Assembly: GCA_054600435.1 (NCBI GenBank)
Contig: BAAIJX010000006.1
Coordinates: 186,001 to 250,000 of the forward strand
Length of the DNA stretch: 64,000 nt
Reading direction: 5' to 3'
DNA from: Neophaeotheca triangularis
Taxonomy: Eukaryota
Shown: positions 12,581 to 25,477 of the stretch, in pieces
Numbering within the stretch: position 1 is the first letter of the stretch
How the letters are laid out: each line of letters starts with the position of its first letter
Position numbers and translations under genes: made by a program
The notes under the pieces: model-generated
The model's database searches: none
Told to the model about the DNA's origin: nothing
What the model saw: the letters and a program-made list of their open reading frames with translations, nothing else

Positions 12581-13595
12581 TAGATAGTATGTTAAAGTTA
12601 CGATCTCTCTGCCCACCGTTCTACGTCCTACCTAAAGGGAAACTTAAGCCCCGGCGATCTTAACGAGGCCCGCCGTGAGGCTAAATGGCACAATAGGAGT
12701 GAAAGAGCTGCGATCCAAAAGATCACCAAGGCACAGGTGATGTCCCTTGGCAAACAAAAGTCTCTAGACTATATATCCACCCCGTCGCCAACTATGTCAT
12801 GGGAATGAGAACCTTACAAAACTTGAAAAAATTATAAATAGTCTAATGGCCGGTAACCACAAAGACTTTATCCCTCTTGCTGACCCCCCCTTAGATTCTT
12901 CTCAAGTTGTAGATAAGACTGCGGTTCGAATCCCAGCTCTATGTACTTGCGCAAAAGCAAACCAGCCTTCGGGTGCGGGTTCTGCTAAGTGGTTTCTTCT
13001 CCCTTTGGGAGTTTCTTTTTGCCTAATTTTCTTTTTTTCAAGATGGTCTTGGGCTTTGTTTGTTTGTGGCGGAGAGAGTTTGGAAAGTTTTTGAGGTTTG
13101 GATTTGGGGTCGGGTTCTGGTCTTGGGTTGACGGGGTCTTGGGTGTTCTCCCATGGGGATTAGGGAGGGGTTGGAGGTTGGAGTTGAGTTGGACTTGGAC
13201 TTGGACTTAGAGAAGCTAGAGAGGGGAGAAAGGAAGAGAGGTAGGGAGGGAGCGAGAGAGAGAGGCAGGAAGGCAGTTATGAAGGGAGTAAGAAAATGAG
13301 CAGGTTAAGAAAGCAAAACAAACCTCTCTGAGAAGAAAGAGAGAAAAAAGAGACAAGAAAAGAAAGAGATACCACAACCTCCCACTTGGCAACCCTACCC
13401 AACCCTACCCAACCCTAGCGATCAGAAGCGAGGAAACTCAACCACTCTTCCCTACAGACCCCCTTATCCCCCCACACGGTCAACCAACAGCAAAACCCTA
13501 AGCTCCTAAATTCCACTCGCTCTTCTAAACCCTCTCCTCCCCAAACAAGCCTCGCCTCTCCCGTGCTCATGGCCTCGACCGGCTTTGTTCTCGCT

Positions 13596-13633
13596 ACACA
13601 CACACACACACACTCTCTCTCTCTCTCCCTCTC
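13596..13633. repeat. Compound (CA)n(CT)n microsatellite
   Basis: Visible dinucleotide arrays in a long intergenic region. Confidence 0.85.
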
Positions 13634-14637
13634 CATCTGTCTGTACTGATAACCATACCCCGCTGCCCGAACATAAAAAGATAAGGAACCAACCAGCTGA
13701 GCCTCGTCACCACTGGCCCCTGTTCCTCTAATGGGAGAACGTCGACCACCCGTGTAGCTAGCTCGACTAGCGCGAGAGGAGCTCGATGTGCTGTGCGAGG
13801 AGATAAGGGAAGAGGAGATAAGGGAAGAGGAGAAAACGTGGTCCATCGTGCGGCGCAAGAAATACCTTCTTTGAGAGTGTGGCTATCGCTGGGGATGCTG
13901 CAGGCTCGGCAGGGCCAGCTAGCTAGCTAGTTAGCTACCTAGCTATCTACCAAGGCTTCTTGAGGATGGTTTGTTACCGGGCTCTGGGGTTGCGCAGATG
14001 TGTGTACATTGAGTAGTTGGGATGGAGGGCTGACAAAGGGTAGAGTGGCATAGGAAAACGCAAAAATTGAAAGGGGCGTGTTTTTATCCCTCATTGGAGG
14101 AAGGGAAGTAAGCGCTGTGATTTTGGCGAGCATGAGGGAAACATTAGGAACGTCTCGGTGGGGCATGCTTGTACTCATATGTGCTCTTCCTTTTCGCATC
14201 GCTGATTGTCCCGACCTGTTCGAATGAGTCGCCACATGCAGACTATCACTTACCCAACCACGTAGAGGCGGAAAAGTTGGAGGGGTTTGATCGAGTGTTC
14301 ATATTTGCCGCTGAAGTTACAAGCAAAAGCAAGCATAGGTCTGGTCTCCTCGATGGGATATCCGAGTCCTCGCCCGGTCCTTTTACAGACAACGGGCTCG
14401 CCAGATAAAAAGCTCCATCTCCCCTCCAATGCAACTGCTGCAACACGCCGGAACGCCACCTTTTGCCTTTGCATCACCGAGCATTCCATCCGTTTGCATC
14501 CAGCACAGCACTCGACACCGAACGCAAAGGCCAGTCCGATGGTACTGTCATGCTGTGACTTGTTCAAAACCACTTTCCACCGCCGTTGTTCGTAGCCGAG
14601 GTGTTTTGTGGTTTCCTTGTCCTTTCGCGCGTCACCC

Positions 14638-15153
14638 CTACTTTCTCCTGAAAGAGCAGCCCTCGGTCAATCTGGCCTTGCCGCCGGTGGGCTGGCAAAG
14701 AACCTGAGAGCAGCCGGCGCAGACGACGACAGTTTGGGCGTGGGAGAAGACGGTTGTGATGGTGAAGCAGCCGGGGCACTTGACGTCCATGAAGAAGGAG
14801 CGGGGGCCGGGTACCAGAGTCTATGGGAGCGATGCGCGTTAGTGTCTCATGGCCGTTTTCGGTGGTGGTGGTGTTTGCTGGGTGAACGAACCTTCAGCTT
14901 GTGCTTGCGGGCCTCAGCCTGAGGTGAGGGGTTGAGAAGGTCGACGGCGAGAACCTGTGAGGCGAACAGCAGGTTAGCGAGATTCTTATTTTGAGCCCGA
15001 TTTCGATAATGATGGCCGTGACAGCTAATGCCGGATGGAAGCAGCCCTTCATGCGACAGGGCAGATGTCACCGTCGCTGATCGCGTGAGGCCAGTCTCCC
15101 CATAGCGCCATGCCCCCATTTCGGTATTCGGATGTTCCTGAGACACGTACCAT
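14638..15153 (-). CDS. RPS27: 40S ribosomal protein eS27 (82 aa); exons 15153-15151 (ATG only), 14954-14892, 14820-14638
   Basis: Spliced product [82 protein letters not shown], with the C4 zinc-finger. Not recovered as one ORF in the track. Confidence 0.97.
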
Positions 15154-15570
15154 TTTTGCGTTTGTCTCTTCTTGTTATGGAATCGGTATTCGTCTTTGAT
15201 GGAGCGACAGAGATGGGTTTGCGTGCTGTGGCGGTCGTTTTTGGAGAAGTAAGTGGAGTAAGAAATTGGCTCAGTGGCAGAGCACGGATCATCTATGCCA
15301 AGAATTTGATCCTGAATCACTACGTCACGTGACCATCCCCCGCTAGACACTTCTTTTTCACTGGCCTGCGATATCACCGAAAACATGAAGAAAAAGAATT
15401 TCTTGACCAAATAGGGAATACATGCGTACATCTGAAACAAAGTGATGTTCTTGGAGGAGCGCATGCTGCCATGATCTTGTGCAACCTCACAATCTACCAA
15501 TAATCGACTACGAACGACCCCAATCCCTCCGTTCCCATTCTCCCAAATACCACCAAGTGCAGATAGTCCA

Positions 15571-16769
15571 TCACTCCCCCTCCCGCACAAGTACACCTCT
15601 ATATCTCATCCTCCCAGTCTCCAACTCAGCAAAAGCCTCCCGAATCCCCTTGGCATCCATCCCAAATGCTTGAACCCACGGCTTGACACCATGCTTCGCC
15701 GCAAACTCCAGCATCCTCACATGATTCTCCTGTGAAGCCTCCGTGGAAGCGATGAGTCTGTGGCCCGGCAGTATGAACTGCATATACGGCAACTGCAGGG
15801 GTTTGAGTTGGATAGTCATCAGCACGATCGTAGCGCGGCGGGCAAGCAGTGGAAAGAGGGGTGTTAGGTCTGGCACTTCGTTGGAGGTAATGAGGAGGGT
15901 GGAGATGTTGCGGTAGGGCTCTGTTGGGGCCGGATCCGCGGTCTGGAGTGTTTTTCCGGAATGGAGAGACTTGTCTGGTTGTTCTGGGAAGATGAATTCG
16001 TCCGCTCCGAGCTTGAATGCATCTACTGCTTTGTCTTCACGTTGGCTCAGGACTGTTACCGGGCTGCCCATCTTTGAGGCGAAGAGGACGGCCATGTGCC
16101 CTAAGCCGCCTAGCCCGTAAACGCCCACCCGATCGCCAGGCTTCGTGCCTGCTGCATCTACGGCTTCAAAAACAGAAGCGCCGGCGCACATCAACGGAGC
16201 TGCGTCAATAGATTTGACTGCTTCGGGGATGTGGTAGGCGAAGTTTGCTAGAATGACGCGGTGAGAGCTGAAAGCGCCTTGGTCGGTGTCTGAGTACGCG
16301 AAGCCTCTAGATTGGGCACAATATTGACGGTAGCCGGTGAGGCATGTCGTGCAGTTGCCACAGGACTTTTAAGGTGTGAAGTTAGGGAGGCTGTGGCCCG
16401 CTTGGTGGGATCACTCAACGTACAGTGTGTAGCCACCTTCTGCAAGTTAGCAAATGGAACCCGAGCACGACGAGCGGCTGGTAGAGCCATGTGATGTCGA
16501 AGATCAAGGTCTACAACTTACCCCCATCCTACTCTATCACCTATGTTGAATTTGCTGACAGCCGCCCCAACTGCTTCTACATAGCCGATCCCTTCATGCC
16601 CTAGCCCACAGCCGCTTTCTTTGGCATGAACGTCCGTAAAGCAAACACCCGAGTGCGTGGTTCTGATCAAGATGTCGTTGAAACCCACTTTCTTTTGCTT
16701 CGTTCTTTCCTCGAACTCGTCCTTGGTTTTGTTGTAGTGAAAAGTCTTGATTGTGACGTCGGTAGGCAT
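15571..16769 (-). CDS. Zinc-dependent medium-chain alcohol dehydrogenase (cinnamyl-ADH/ADH6-like), 3 exons including a ~13-nt micro-exon
   Basis: SGVCFTDVH, GHEGIG, GDRVGWG, structural-Zn SCGNCTTCLTGYRQYC, APLMCAGASV, and Rossmann GLGGLGHMA. Confidence 0.92.
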
Positions 16770-17565
16770 TGCGACCGATGATTCTTTTGGCAGTAAACTC
16801 AGCGACGAAAGAATTCGGAATGATATACTTGGCGACGAGAGAAAGAGAGCGCGCGCTTGAAGATGCGCCAAAACTTACAATTCAGTCGTGGTGTTTGAAA
16901 TTCCAACCATCTTCTAACGAATTCCTACAAGCTCCCGATGCCAATGACCGGTTCGTTGCGATATCGCGATGCCGAGCTGTTTAGGTCTTTGCCGACGCAA
17001 TTCGCTTTCCCCTCTCAAGGCTCGCTAACAAGTAAACACTGGAATGCGGCTTCGTGTGAAGCGCATGACTTTCACAGAGCATAACTATGCAATTGTCAAT
17101 GGAGTCAGGCTCTACTCCAGGAAAGGCGTTGGAATCGCTCAGATGTAACAGAGCGGGAAACGACCTTTACAACAACACAACCCTGCTTGATGTCAATCGA
17201 GTGTCGTTCAGCAAGTAAGTATATAACAATGCAGCGCGCGGTGTTACGCTGCTTCACAGACATGAATTTTGCGAGCAAACGTGAAAGCAAAAGCATTTTA
17301 TCATGATATTGACATGTTATTTACATGTAGTACTAAAAGGTAGACCAAGTAGACGCCCGGGTAGACAAGTTGTTTTTGTACATAGTTTCCCCGCCAGTCG
17401 CCTTTGTCCCAATCGCCGCGTAGTCAGCCCGCTCGGGTACAGCCGGCCTTCGATTGGACCCTTGCTCTCTCTGACATTGACATCTCGAGTCGAGATGGTC
17501 ATTTTGAAGATTGAAAGAAACACAGAGACACTCCTCCTACACCGTCACACCCTACACCACCAACA

Positions 17566-18804
17566 ATGTCAGCCTTACGACCGCTCTCACGTCGTTCTAT
17601 CTCCTGCGCGCTTCACGAAGTGCGCACGCCTACTATACCCCAGAAGCGCCGCCTCGCCACCGCAGTCTCAGACCCTCCTCCACCTACGAGCACCTCCACC
17701 CAACCTCGGCAACCTAGCGCTTTCAGCGATCGCCTCAATGCTGGGCCCTCCTTCAACGACTTTGTAGGCGCACCCAAAGAGGAACCCATATCACCCGAAG
17801 ACGCTCTCGAGCTCAAGACGGTGCAAGTAGGCCCCGCCGGCCGCAAGCGCTCCCACACCCGGTTGCCAGAATGGCTCAAGACGCCCATCCCCTCGAATGA
17901 AAACTACAAGAAGATCCGGAACGACCTCCGAGGGCTGAACCTCCACACAGTCTGCGAGGAGGCGCGATGTCCAAATATCAGCGACTGCTGGGGCGGTGGC
18001 AATAAATCCGCAGCCACAGCCACCATCATGCTGGGAGGCGACACTTGCACACGAGGCTGCCGCTTCTGCTCCGTCAAGACCTCGCGCGCCCCGCCACCAC
18101 TCGACATCCACGAGCCAGAAAACACCGCCGAAGCCCTCTCGCGCTGGGGTCTAGGCTACGTCGTGCTCACCATCGTCGACCGTGACGACCTCGCAGACGG
18201 CGGCGCTCGCCATCTAGCCGAGACGATCATGAAGATCAAACAAAAGTCTTCGACAATGCTAGTGGAAGCACTCACAGGCGATTACGCTGGCGATTTGGAT
18301 CAAGTAGCAATGCTCGCGCGCTCGGGCCTCGACGTCTACGCCCACAACGTCGAGACGACCGAACCCCTGACGCCGTACGTCCGCGACCGCCGGGCAACCT
18401 TCCAGCAATCCCTGCGCGTGCTGCGAGCCGCCAAAGCAGCGAAACCCGAGCTCATCACCAAGACCTCCATGATGCTCGGCTTGGGCGAGACGGAAGAACA
18501 AATGTGGGACGCTCTGAAACAGTTGCGAGCGGCGGACGTGGACGTCTTGACACTGGGACAGTACATGCGACCCACCAAAAAGCACATGAAGGTCGAGGAG
18601 TACGTGACGCCCGCGGTCTTCGAGATGTGGAGGCAGCGGGCACTGGATATGGGGTTCTTGTACTGCGCTAGTGGACCCCTTGTGAGGAGCAGCTACAAGG
18701 CTGGCGAGGACTTTATTGAGAACGTGCTGAAGAAGCGGGCGAGGCACAGCAGTCTGCTTTCCGCGGGCAAGGTGGGGGATTTCGAGAGCATGCGGAGTAC
18801 CTAG
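17566..18804 (+). CDS. LIP5: Mitochondrial lipoyl synthase (radical SAM)
   Basis: [13 protein letters not shown] and CTRGCRFC Fe-S motifs, C-terminal [10 protein letters not shown], basic presequence. Confidence 0.97.
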   Translation: MSALRPLSRRSISCALHEVRTPTIPQKRRLATAVSDPPPPTSTSTQPRQPSAFSDRLNAGPSFNDFVGAPKEEPISPEDALELKTVQVGPAGRKRSHTRLPEWLKTPIPSNENYKKIRNDLRGLNLHTVCEEARCPNISDCWGGGNKSAATATIMLGGDTCTRGCRFCSVKTSRAPPPLDIHEPENTAEALSRWGLGYVVLTIVDRDDLADGGARHLAETIMKIKQKSSTMLVEALTGDYAGDLDQVAMLARSGLDVYAHNVETTEPLTPYVRDRRATFQQSLRVLRAAKAAKPELITKTSMMLGLGETEEQMWDALKQLRAADVDVLTLGQYMRPTKKHMKVEEYVTPAVFEMWRQRALDMGFLYCASGPLVRSSYKAGEDFIENVLKKRARHSSLLSAGKVGDFESMRST

Positions 18805-19036
18805 AGTAGAGAATGAGAATGGACGCTCTTTGGGTTGCTTTGGACACATTGCGAGGCGTATAGGCGTTTCAGATAGAGAGGAAAAGGAAGCACTCAACGT
18901 GCGCTTTTAGGATGTCTCCTTCAACCACCTATGTAGCCTTTACAAATCGAAGCTTTCTGTACAAACAAAAACAACACAATCCCCGTTTCCAACACCGTCT
19001 CCCCTATCCAGGCCTCAGCACTTTCTCATCAGTCCC

Positions 19037-19750
19037 TCAAGCCGGCACCGGCCCAGTGTTAGTGCCCCCCGCCATCCCCTTCTGCCCCTGCGGCGGCATA
19101 AACAGCGGCATATACGCCTAGCAGCGAAAGTCAAACGTCAGCATCAACAACTCCAGACAGACACGACAGTCCCAAGTGCCACACCCTCCCCAACAATACA
19201 AGAACCCCCAAAAAGCCTCCCTTCCCAAACCGCCTCGCCCCCTCATCCCTGACTACAACTCGAACCCCAGCCCAGCCGCCCCCACAGCAAAGTGTAAAAA
19301 AAAAGAACAGAAAAAAAAAAAAAAAAAAGAGACATCAAACTCACCACCCCGACACTCATAAGCGCCATACCAAAGCTCATATAGCTAGGCGTGCTAGCCG
19401 CGGCCTTTTGCGCCGGCGTCTCGCTCAGCCAGCCCTGCAGCGAGAAAATCACCGCCGTCCAGCCGATCATCTTGTTGCGGGTGAAGATTGCTGCCATGGG
19501 GAGGGTGGATGCCATGGTGGATTGGACGTCCGTGGGGGAGTCGGAGTCGGGGGTGTCGGGTTGGGGGACGACTGGAGAGGGGGGGTCAGTTTATGGGCTG
19601 GGGGGGTTTCTTTCTTTCTTTCTTTCTTTTTTTTTTTTGTGTACGTGGCTGAAGTGGTGGTGTGGATGGAGTTGCGAGGGTCGGCGGTTGTGGGGAGGGA
19701 GGTTTACTTAGGTCTGCGCGGCGCATGTCTTTTTGGTTTGATTTGGACAT
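19037..19750 (-). CDS. PAT complex subunit Asterix (WDR83OS/UPF0139-like) small membrane protein, 3 exons
   Basis: MSKSNQKDMRRADL / IVP...STMASTLPMAAIFTRNKMIGWTAVIFSLQGWLSETP...MSFGMALMSVGV / AYMPLFMPP...; two GT-AG introns. Confidence 0.8.
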
Positions 19751-20983
19751 GATTGACCAGGTGGTGTAGGCGGGGTTGGAGGTGGAGACTGGGGTCTTGT
19801 TGTTTCTAGAGGGGGAGGGTTTGAATTGGCGATACTGAGATTCTGAGGGGGCGAGTAGTATAGTGAGTAGTCGGAGGTTGAATTGATATCACGTGTTGCT
19901 TGTCGTCGTTACGATACAGCTGGGAGAGCACGGGAGGTAAAGGTACTACTTAGGCGACGTTGACGACCGGTGATCACCCGTTCTAGCCCCTAGGTAAGGT
20001 AGATAGTCCTGCCTAGTCCTTTCGTAGCGAATTGCCAAGACTGAGGTAAGGTATCTAGGTATCTAGGATCGCCGGTTGGCCGGTACGGGTGGCTTGCCCG
20101 AACTAACTCCACAGTCTAAAAGTTATCTACCTTATCTTGCCTGCCTCAGGTACGCTAAAGTACCTATGTAGCGACGAGACTACTAGTACCTACCTTACCT
20201 AGGTACTACTAGTAGTAGGTACTGGTAGGTACCTTACTGTGCACTACTGAGGAGAGTCTCATCAGCCAAGACTGTCTTGATAATTACGTCGGGTGCCTCC
20301 GCTACTGTAACCCGAGGACCTTGCTACTGCATCAGATTGCGCGTGGCGGGTCCCGGCTTGCGGCGCGCATAAACGACACAACCTCAGGCTGCGGACTACC
20401 CGCACTGTAGCAGCAAAAGTAACGTGAACCCTCGGCCGGAGGGATTGCCTCATTGCGACGGCATGGACGGATAAGCATAGGGAGCATCGTTGGCTACTAT
20501 TCTTCTGCTCCTCCTACTCGCCGCCTACTCGACTCGACCAGCCTCCCTCTCTATTACAGCCAGTGCTCACTCCTCTTCCTCTCACCACTTCCAAGCTTGT
20601 CCGCGTGTGCACGTTGGCTTGCCCGTTGCAGCCCGGACCTCTGCTTTTGCTGATCGCCGCATATCACACTCGATACTACTGCACCAACCCGCTCGTCCAC
20701 TGCGCATCCCGTGTTGTCGCGGGTTCCATCTGCTGTGAAACCATATTGATTGAAACACCACATCGACTCTCCGTTCTTTTCAATTACCCTACCTCGGGCT
20801 CCAACTCCCAGCACAACGTCTGCCTCCTCGACGCTTACCTACCTTTAACCTTCGAGGCTGCCCGCAGCATGCAGCACCGCCTCTCAGAACCCTCAACATT
20901 GCTCAACGTCAGCAACATGACCAGATAACACTCTCCCCGTTCGCAGCCATGCTCAGCCTCTGGGCATACCAAGACAAAGTGCC

Positions 20984-23900
20984 ATGGTAGATCGAGCATT
21001 CCCCGGCACGCAAAGGCCATCACTGCCCCAGCGCAGCTACAGCAACAGCCTACAATCGCAATCACCATCGCAATCGCAATTGCCGAATCGGCCAAATCTG
21101 CCGTCGCGACTGAGCAATGTCCGCTCGATATCTCAGCCGGTGGGAAGGCCCGTTGATGTCCCCAAAGATGGGACGAATGGGGAGGTGAGGAATAGGCAGG
21201 CATATGCAAAGAATGCGATTGCAGGGGATGGCGCTATTCCGCAGGATGTCATAGATTTGGAGGATGGGGAGGAGGGACCTCCCATGAAGAAAGCAAAGAC
21301 TATCGGGAGGGAATTCCACGGCAAAATGCCGGTGACAGCGAGTATGGATATGGGCATGCAGCAAGAGATGGGCATGGCGTATGGGAAAATACCGGGCGAA
21401 GCTTTACCCTTACCACCTCGCCCTTCTACGACAGAGCCGCGGGCTAGACGAAGTAATGATAAAATCAAACCGAGCGCACGAAGAAGCAAAGACCTCGAGC
21501 CGCCACCAATAGCTACGAAGATGCCGCCGCCAAAGAATGTCGCCGATTTCTCGCCCTGGACTGGCAATCATCCAGAAGACATGCTAAACGAGAGTGTGAT
21601 CAAGCTAGGCTACTTCGACAAACCCCCTCCCACGAACCAAAGCGAATCCAACACGGCCAAGGCAACTCTACGGAACAATCTCAGCCAGCGCAACAATTTC
21701 GGCCTACATACCCTGTCTCACCTGTACGTGCAGGTCATGGAGAAGCGCCAGGCTCTAGGTCGCTGCACGGCGCCTTCGACGTTCAAGCCTCCGCCCCGGG
21801 TCACTGTCACAGACACGAAGAGAGAAGCATGGCTCAGAGACCTGGCAAATCCCGAGATGCCGCTGCGAAGGCAGAGTAGGACGATTCCCCACGGCATCAG
21901 AGGCAAACTGCTCATGGAGCAATGTCTGAGCAAGAACATACCTCTACAGCGAGCGGTTTGGCTCGCGAAATGCGTTGGCGCTAACGAGTTGCGAGCTTTT
22001 AGGCGCAAAGGCATCAGCGGTGCTGCTGTGGCCAGTGGAGAGCAGAAGTGGATTCGCGAATGGACTGTTCAACTCGAGCAGTTCCTCGAGGGCGTCATTG
22101 CTGGTTGCGGTCAACCAGAGTGGAACGCCAAGGTCAATTACGCCATCAGACTCGCGACGTATTTCTACATTGAACTCCTGCTAGATACGGAGCACTACCT
22201 CGATTGGATAGTCAGTTCTTTCTCGGAAGCGAGTCTGGAAAGGGTCCCGGCGTGGACGATTGTGGTGCAGATATACTGGAAGGACATCGTCAGCTATGGT
22301 AGAAGGGGTAAAAGACTCGCAGAGGGCGTGTTGGCTCACTTACATGAGGTTAGGCAGAAGGGATCGTCGGCTTTTGTGTTGCTGCAGCAGAGATTGGAAA
22401 GGTTCATCGCCGTTCTTGCGGTGACGTCGAGGGGTTCTTTGATATTACCAAGGATCTGGGACAAGTACGAAGCGCTCCTGTCACCTGAGCTTATCTGCGG
22501 GCCTGGTGCGTCCAACACCGCCGACGCTTTGCGGCAGATAAGGGTGCGAAATGAGCGTTTGGTCCGTCCACTATGCCAGACGCCAGACAAGGCTCGAAGC
22601 CCCTTGCTGGAGCTCGTCACTACCCTCGATGCGGCCGGGATAAATACGAATATCGAAAAGCTCGCGCAGGACTGCATGAACATTATGCCGGACGCCGCCT
22701 CGCTAGTGGAGTCTCTACTTGACTGGGCGTCCACAATCTACCGTCAGGGGAGCGCACGTATCTACCTCGCAGCACGGCTGATAGCTTTTGCGAAGCAGTC
22801 AGGCGTTGACACAGATAGCAGCGTGCTGCGGTACCTCACCACCTCAGACAACACAACTTTGAACATAAGCAACGTCTATGAACTCGTTGCCGAGCTTGTG
22901 CGCCGCGATAGCTTCTCGGTTGGGCGGTATTTGCAATGGCTCATCAGCAGCGGCGTGTTGGCTTCGGGCGAGCACGACGGCGCGAACGTGGGGTTGTTGG
23001 GTGCTTTGCCTGCTGAGCATTTGACCATGTCGGTGGCGAATACTAGGAGGACTTTGCTACTACGTATGGGCAGTTCTGCTGAGGAGCAAGGCGAAGTTGA
23101 GTGGTCGATGCAAGAGTTTGGGGCTGCTGTGACAGGCCAAAAGGAAAGGTTGGCAGAACTTACGACTACCCTCAACGAAGTGAGGAACGCAGCGACGAAG
23201 CAGGCGGTTTGCCAAAGTATCATGGAGCATGTCGACTCCGATGCCAAGGGAAACGCGCCAGCTTTTGCTCCCTTCTGCGTTGCTAGAACTGCATTGGAAC
23301 AGCTCGAAGCCTTGCCGACTTTATCCACGCTCTTGACCAAAGTCATCACCTCGAATGATCCCGTACTCCTCTCAACTGCATCGGACACCATCAACAAGCA
23401 TGCGCAAGCCCTTGCCATGCTAGGAAGTCTGCAGCCTCTTCTGGACGGCCTCTGCGAGCGTTACCGAGTCCTCCGTTCCAGCCAGCCCCTCGACCGCACT
23501 TTCATTCTTTCGCTCACAGAACTCATGAGTCGAATGCAAGGCAAAGCAGCCATGTCGAAACTCCTCACCGATGATCTGGCAATCTGTGAACAGCAAACCT
23601 CCCAAGCCGCTTGCTCGCCTGCCTCTGACAGTTTGATCGGAATGCAAGCAGGACAAGATTTGGAAGCGGACGAAGACATCGATCGAGTCTTTGCCAGCGG
23701 TAATGTCATGGACGAGCAGCTTATGCAGAGGATGTTCTGCAGTGTTATCGGGAAGGCTTCGAAAGGCGGTTCTGCAACAGTCGCACTTCCAGAGGCGAGG
23801 AGTAAGGTCTGTACATGGTTACAACAGCTGCGAGCTGTGGATGCTGTCACATTCCACGGGCTCGTCAAGGCCTATGTTGCCAACATTCTGAACTCGCTAA

Positions 23901-25477
23901 ACGACGCTGGGAAAGTCGTCGACTGGGCTGGCATCAAAGCGCTGGCTGCGAGCGATTGCTTGGCGCTACGGGCGGTCTTGCGCTCCTTGGACACAAAGAA
24001 CTCGCCACGCATCGCCAATGCTGCACTGGAGCTTGCTATTGGCTCTTCCTACGAGGCTGGTCTCACAGTGCCGGAAGAATACAGGCTAAAGCTACAGCAA
24101 CATCTTTACTGCGTAGAGCACCCGGATATTCTGGCAAGAGTCATAAGTGTTGCATGTGCTGGAGAGGATTTCGATCCTACCCAGAGTGCAGTGGTGGAGC
24201 TTCTTGTGACATACTCGATAAGTGCACCGGGCATGGTTTTGAAAGCCTTTCAGCAACTACCACCATCTGCTGCTTTGCGGGCCAATAGTCAAAAGATTGT
24301 AGACGCCTTGCTGCGACCACAGAACCGCACGTTTACGCCGCCTTCCATCACAAGCGCCGAGCAAGTGGTTGAGATAGCGACGGAGATGTCTCTCCCCTAC
24401 TGCATCGACGCCTTCCGCTACCTCAGAGCATCGACAGAAAGGCCTCAAGCCATCTCCGCTCTCAAAGAGGCTCTCCTGGACGCCATCTCCCGCGGCTCCA
24501 GCGTCTGGCCCCAACTGCTCGAAGGCGTCGAACCACACGTGCAAGCTAGCCTCCACGACTGGGCGAAACAGCACCTCCTCGACTCGTTCGGCAAAGAATC
24601 GCCGTCTGACCAAGAAAATCTCGCCCGCTACACCAACGTTTTAGACGTTACAGCCGCAGCCGCGAGCACCCAGGACCCGCAATCAACCCTCTCGTCTCTA
24701 GCAGAAAGACTTACGGCCCTCGCCAGAAACCTCCCCACCACACCGACCGCACAACACTCCAACTCCCACCTCCTCCGCTCCATACCCACCCTACTTCATC
24801 TCAGCACCTTCCACATTACCACCCCATGCCCACCTCCCTCTCTTGTTCCCCTCCTCACAGGCCTAACAACTCTCCTCCTCCACCCCTCCCTCCAAGCGCA
24901 CCGTGAAACTCTGACTCACCTCCTCGACCTCACCTCCGCCATTTCCGAACCTCTCCCGGACGAAACCCTAACCGCCGTGCGCCAACAGATCACTCCCCTG
25001 CTCCCGGCAGGTGATCGACGATTACTATTTCTTTTCGGCAAGAGTTCGCAAACCAGCGGTGCGGAGGGGAGCGCTTGGTTGGCGCTGGCTTCGCGCGGGG
25101 CTGCTGCGGGTGGGAATTCACAACAGCACCAGCAACAACAACAGCAACAGCAGCAGCAGCAGAGGGTGCCGGGGCGTTCGGTCTCGGGGCAACAGAGTCT
25201 AGGAGCAGGGTTTCCCGCGCAGCAGGCGGCTTTGGGCCGGATCCCCGCTGGAGCTCAGCTCCAACAGCAACAGCAACAGCAACAACAACCTCCGCAAGGC
25301 CTACTCCTCAATCCTCTCCCGCCAAGCAGACCCTTACAATCGCAAGCTCCCGCCGATGTCAAAACCGCCCCTTACCCCCTGCGTCGCTGGGAGCTTCTCT
25401 CGGATCCCACCCCCGTCATGGGGGAGAATGACGGGAGTTTGAGCCTAGGGCTCTTCGGGGCAAGGAGGGTGGGATGA
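20984..25477 (+). CDS. MED12: Mediator kinase-module subunit Med12/Srb8 (1497 aa)
   Basis: Med12 domain FKPPPRVTVTDTKREAWLRDLANPEMPLRRQSRTIPHGIRGKLLMEQCLSKNIPLQRAVWLAKCVGANE; C-terminal polyQ tracts and WELLSDPTPVMGENDGSLSLGLF. Confidence 0.96.
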   Translation: MVDRAFPGTQRPSLPQRSYSNSLQSQSPSQSQLPNRPNLPSRLSNVRSISQPVGRPVDVPKDGTNGEVRNRQAYAKNAIAGDGAIPQDVIDLEDGEEGPPMKKAKTIGREFHGKMPVTASMDMGMQQEMGMAYGKIPGEALPLPPRPSTTEPRARRSNDKIKPSARRSKDLEPPPIATKMPPPKNVADFSPWTGNHPEDMLNESVIKLGYFDKPPPTNQSESNTAKATLRNNLSQRNNFGLHTLSHLYVQVMEKRQALGRCTAPSTFKPPPRVTVTDTKREAWLRDLANPEMPLRRQSRTIPHGIRGKLLMEQCLSKNIPLQRAVWLAKCVGANELRAFRRKGISGAAVASGEQKWIREWTVQLEQFLEGVIAGCGQPEWNAKVNYAIRLATYFYIELLLDTEHYLDWIVSSFSEASLERVPAWTIVVQIYWKDIVSYGRRGKRLAEGVLAHLHEVRQKGSSAFVLLQQRLERFIAVLAVTSRGSLILPRIWDKYEALLSPELICGPGASNTADALRQIRVRNERLVRPLCQTPDKARSPLLELVTTLDAAGINTNIEKLAQDCMNIMPDAASLVESLLDWASTIYRQGSARIYLAARLIAFAKQSGVDTDSSVLRYLTTSDNTTLNISNVYELVAELVRRDSFSVGRYLQWLISSGVLASGEHDGANVGLLGALPAEHLTMSVANTRRTLLLRMGSSAEEQGEVEWSMQEFGAAVTGQKERLAELTTTLNEVRNAATKQAVCQSIMEHVDSDAKGNAPAFAPFCVARTALEQLEALPTLSTLLTKVITSNDPVLLSTASDTINKHAQALAMLGSLQPLLDGLCERYRVLRSSQPLDRTFILSLTELMSRMQGKAAMSKLLTDDLAICEQQTSQAACSPASDSLIGMQAGQDLEADEDIDRVFASGNVMDEQLMQRMFCSVIGKASKGGSATVALPEARSKVCTWLQQLRAVDAVTFHGLVKAYVANILNSLNDAGKVVDWAGIKALAASDCLALRAVLRSLDTKNSPRIANAALELAIGSSYEAGLTVPEEYRLKLQQHLYCVEHPDILARVISVACAGEDFDPTQSAVVELLVTYSISAPGMVLKAFQQLPPSAALRANSQKIVDALLRPQNRTFTPPSITSAEQVVEIATEMSLPYCIDAFRYLRASTERPQAISALKEALLDAISRGSSVWPQLLEGVEPHVQASLHDWAKQHLLDSFGKESPSDQENLARYTNVLDVTAAAASTQDPQSTLSSLAERLTALARNLPTTPTAQHSNSHLLRSIPTLLHLSTFHITTPCPPPSLVPLLTGLTTLLLHPSLQAHRETLTHLLDLTSAISEPLPDETLTAVRQQITPLLPAGDRRLLFLFGKSSQTSGAEGSAWLALASRGAAAGGNSQQHQQQQQQQQQQQRVPGRSVSGQQSLGAGFPAQQAALGRIPAGAQLQQQQQQQQQPPQGLLLNPLPPSRPLQSQAPADVKTAPYPLRRWELLSDPTPVMGENDGSLSLGLFGARRVG

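Noticed and set aside
25121..25290. CAG/CAA polyglutamine tracts in MED12
   Set aside because: Q-rich C-termini are an ordinary feature of Med12 proteins.
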